Assembly: GCF_006345805.1 (NCBI RefSeq)
Contig: NC_043009.1
Location: 40,610,001 to 40,674,000, forward strand
DNA from: Octopus sinensis
Lineage: Eukaryota
Length of the DNA stretch: 64,000 nucleotides
Direction of reading: 5' to 3'
Shown: one piece after another, positions 63,115-64,000 of the stretch
How positions within the stretch are numbered: the stretch's first letter is position 1
Layout of the letters: each line of letters starts with the position of its first letter
Translations under genes and position numbers: made by a program
The notes under the pieces: generated by a model
Told to the model about the DNA's origin: nothing
What the model saw: the letters and a program-made list of their open reading frames with translations, nothing else
The model's database searches: none

Positions 63115-63796
63115 TGATACCCTTAAGCTAATACAAAGATTATAATCAAACGTTATATGAGTACGAGAGATGAGGCTGGGTGGCAGAGCCGACGATGATT
63201 TACAGCTGACGACAGTTCGAAAAATTTCAAGGGTGGCAGACGATAATAAGTAAATATAGCCACCCAAAGTTAATTTGGCTCGCTGCTGCTATGTTTTCCA
63301 CAACTTAGGCAAACTTTCATCTCCCCTTCCTTTTTATTTATTTATTATTTACTTATATACTTTTTTTTCGTGCTTTCTTCCGTCGCTTTATTGCAATAAC
63401 TTTTACCAAACCCATTGGTCTGAATGTCATCCCACTATAAGATTATTTCTAGGGAGTTTTTCATCTTTCATCAAGCGAAATTTAAAGTAAAATAATCTAA
63501 AAAATCTCAATGAGAAATATCTAAAATGAGAAAAAAATGAAATTTTATCTTTTTAAAATCTATTTCAGTTGTTGGACTGTGGTCAGGCTCCCGCACCACC
63601 TCGATGGGTCCTAGTACTAATACTTTTATTCAATTTTTTTTTTTAAGTCTTGGACTTATTGAATCGGTCTCTCCTGCCGAATGGAAATGAAAACAAACCA
63701 ACACCAGCCGTCAAGCAATGGTGCGCGGGTGTGTTTGCATGTGTGACAAAAACCATGAATTTGGTTGACCGAAACTACGTGGAAGCTCGTCGTAAA

Positions 63797-63857
<61 letters not shown>

Positions 63858-64000
63858 TCTTTTACTAGTTTCAGTCATTTGACTGCGGTCATGCTGGAGC
63901 ACCGCCTTTAGTCGACCAAATCGACGCCAGGACTAATTCTTTGTAAGCCTAGTACTTATTCTATCTCTTTTGCCGAACCGCTAGGTTACGGGGACGTAAA

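Overview
AT-rich, microsatellite- and SINE-saturated eukaryotic DNA. The SINE families resemble those of Octopus, so a cephalopod origin is inferred. The only protein-coding gene I can support is a minus-strand PDGF/VEGF-family growth factor (PVF). I reconstructed it by hand from canonical GT-AG junctions whose phases match throughout. Coding exons: 36748-36873 (candidate signal peptide), 27143-27218 (PDGF-type propeptide), 17644-17667 (24-nt microexon), 14262-14449 and 13116-13408 (PDGF/VEGF domain plus CxCxC repeats), and 7758-8169 (Thr-rich stalk plus terminal Cys module). This gives about 372 aa. Its most unusual property is the loss of both cysteines of one cystine-knot disulfide (VEGF-A C61/C104 equivalents are Ser/Gln). 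The rest is mobile DNA: about 30 copies of a microsatellite-carrying tRNA-SINE, several other SINE families, decayed CR1/L2-type, RTE and Penelope-like retroelements, mariner and DD37D-type transposase relics, many MITEs and Helentron-like elements. Penelope-type terminal repeats carry minimal hammerhead-ribozyme motifs. No CRISPR, rRNA or intact tRNA gene was seen. Repeat boundaries were read by eye and are approximate unless target-site duplications (TSDs) or terminal inverted repeats (TIRs) are quoted. SINE family letters A-E are my own labels.
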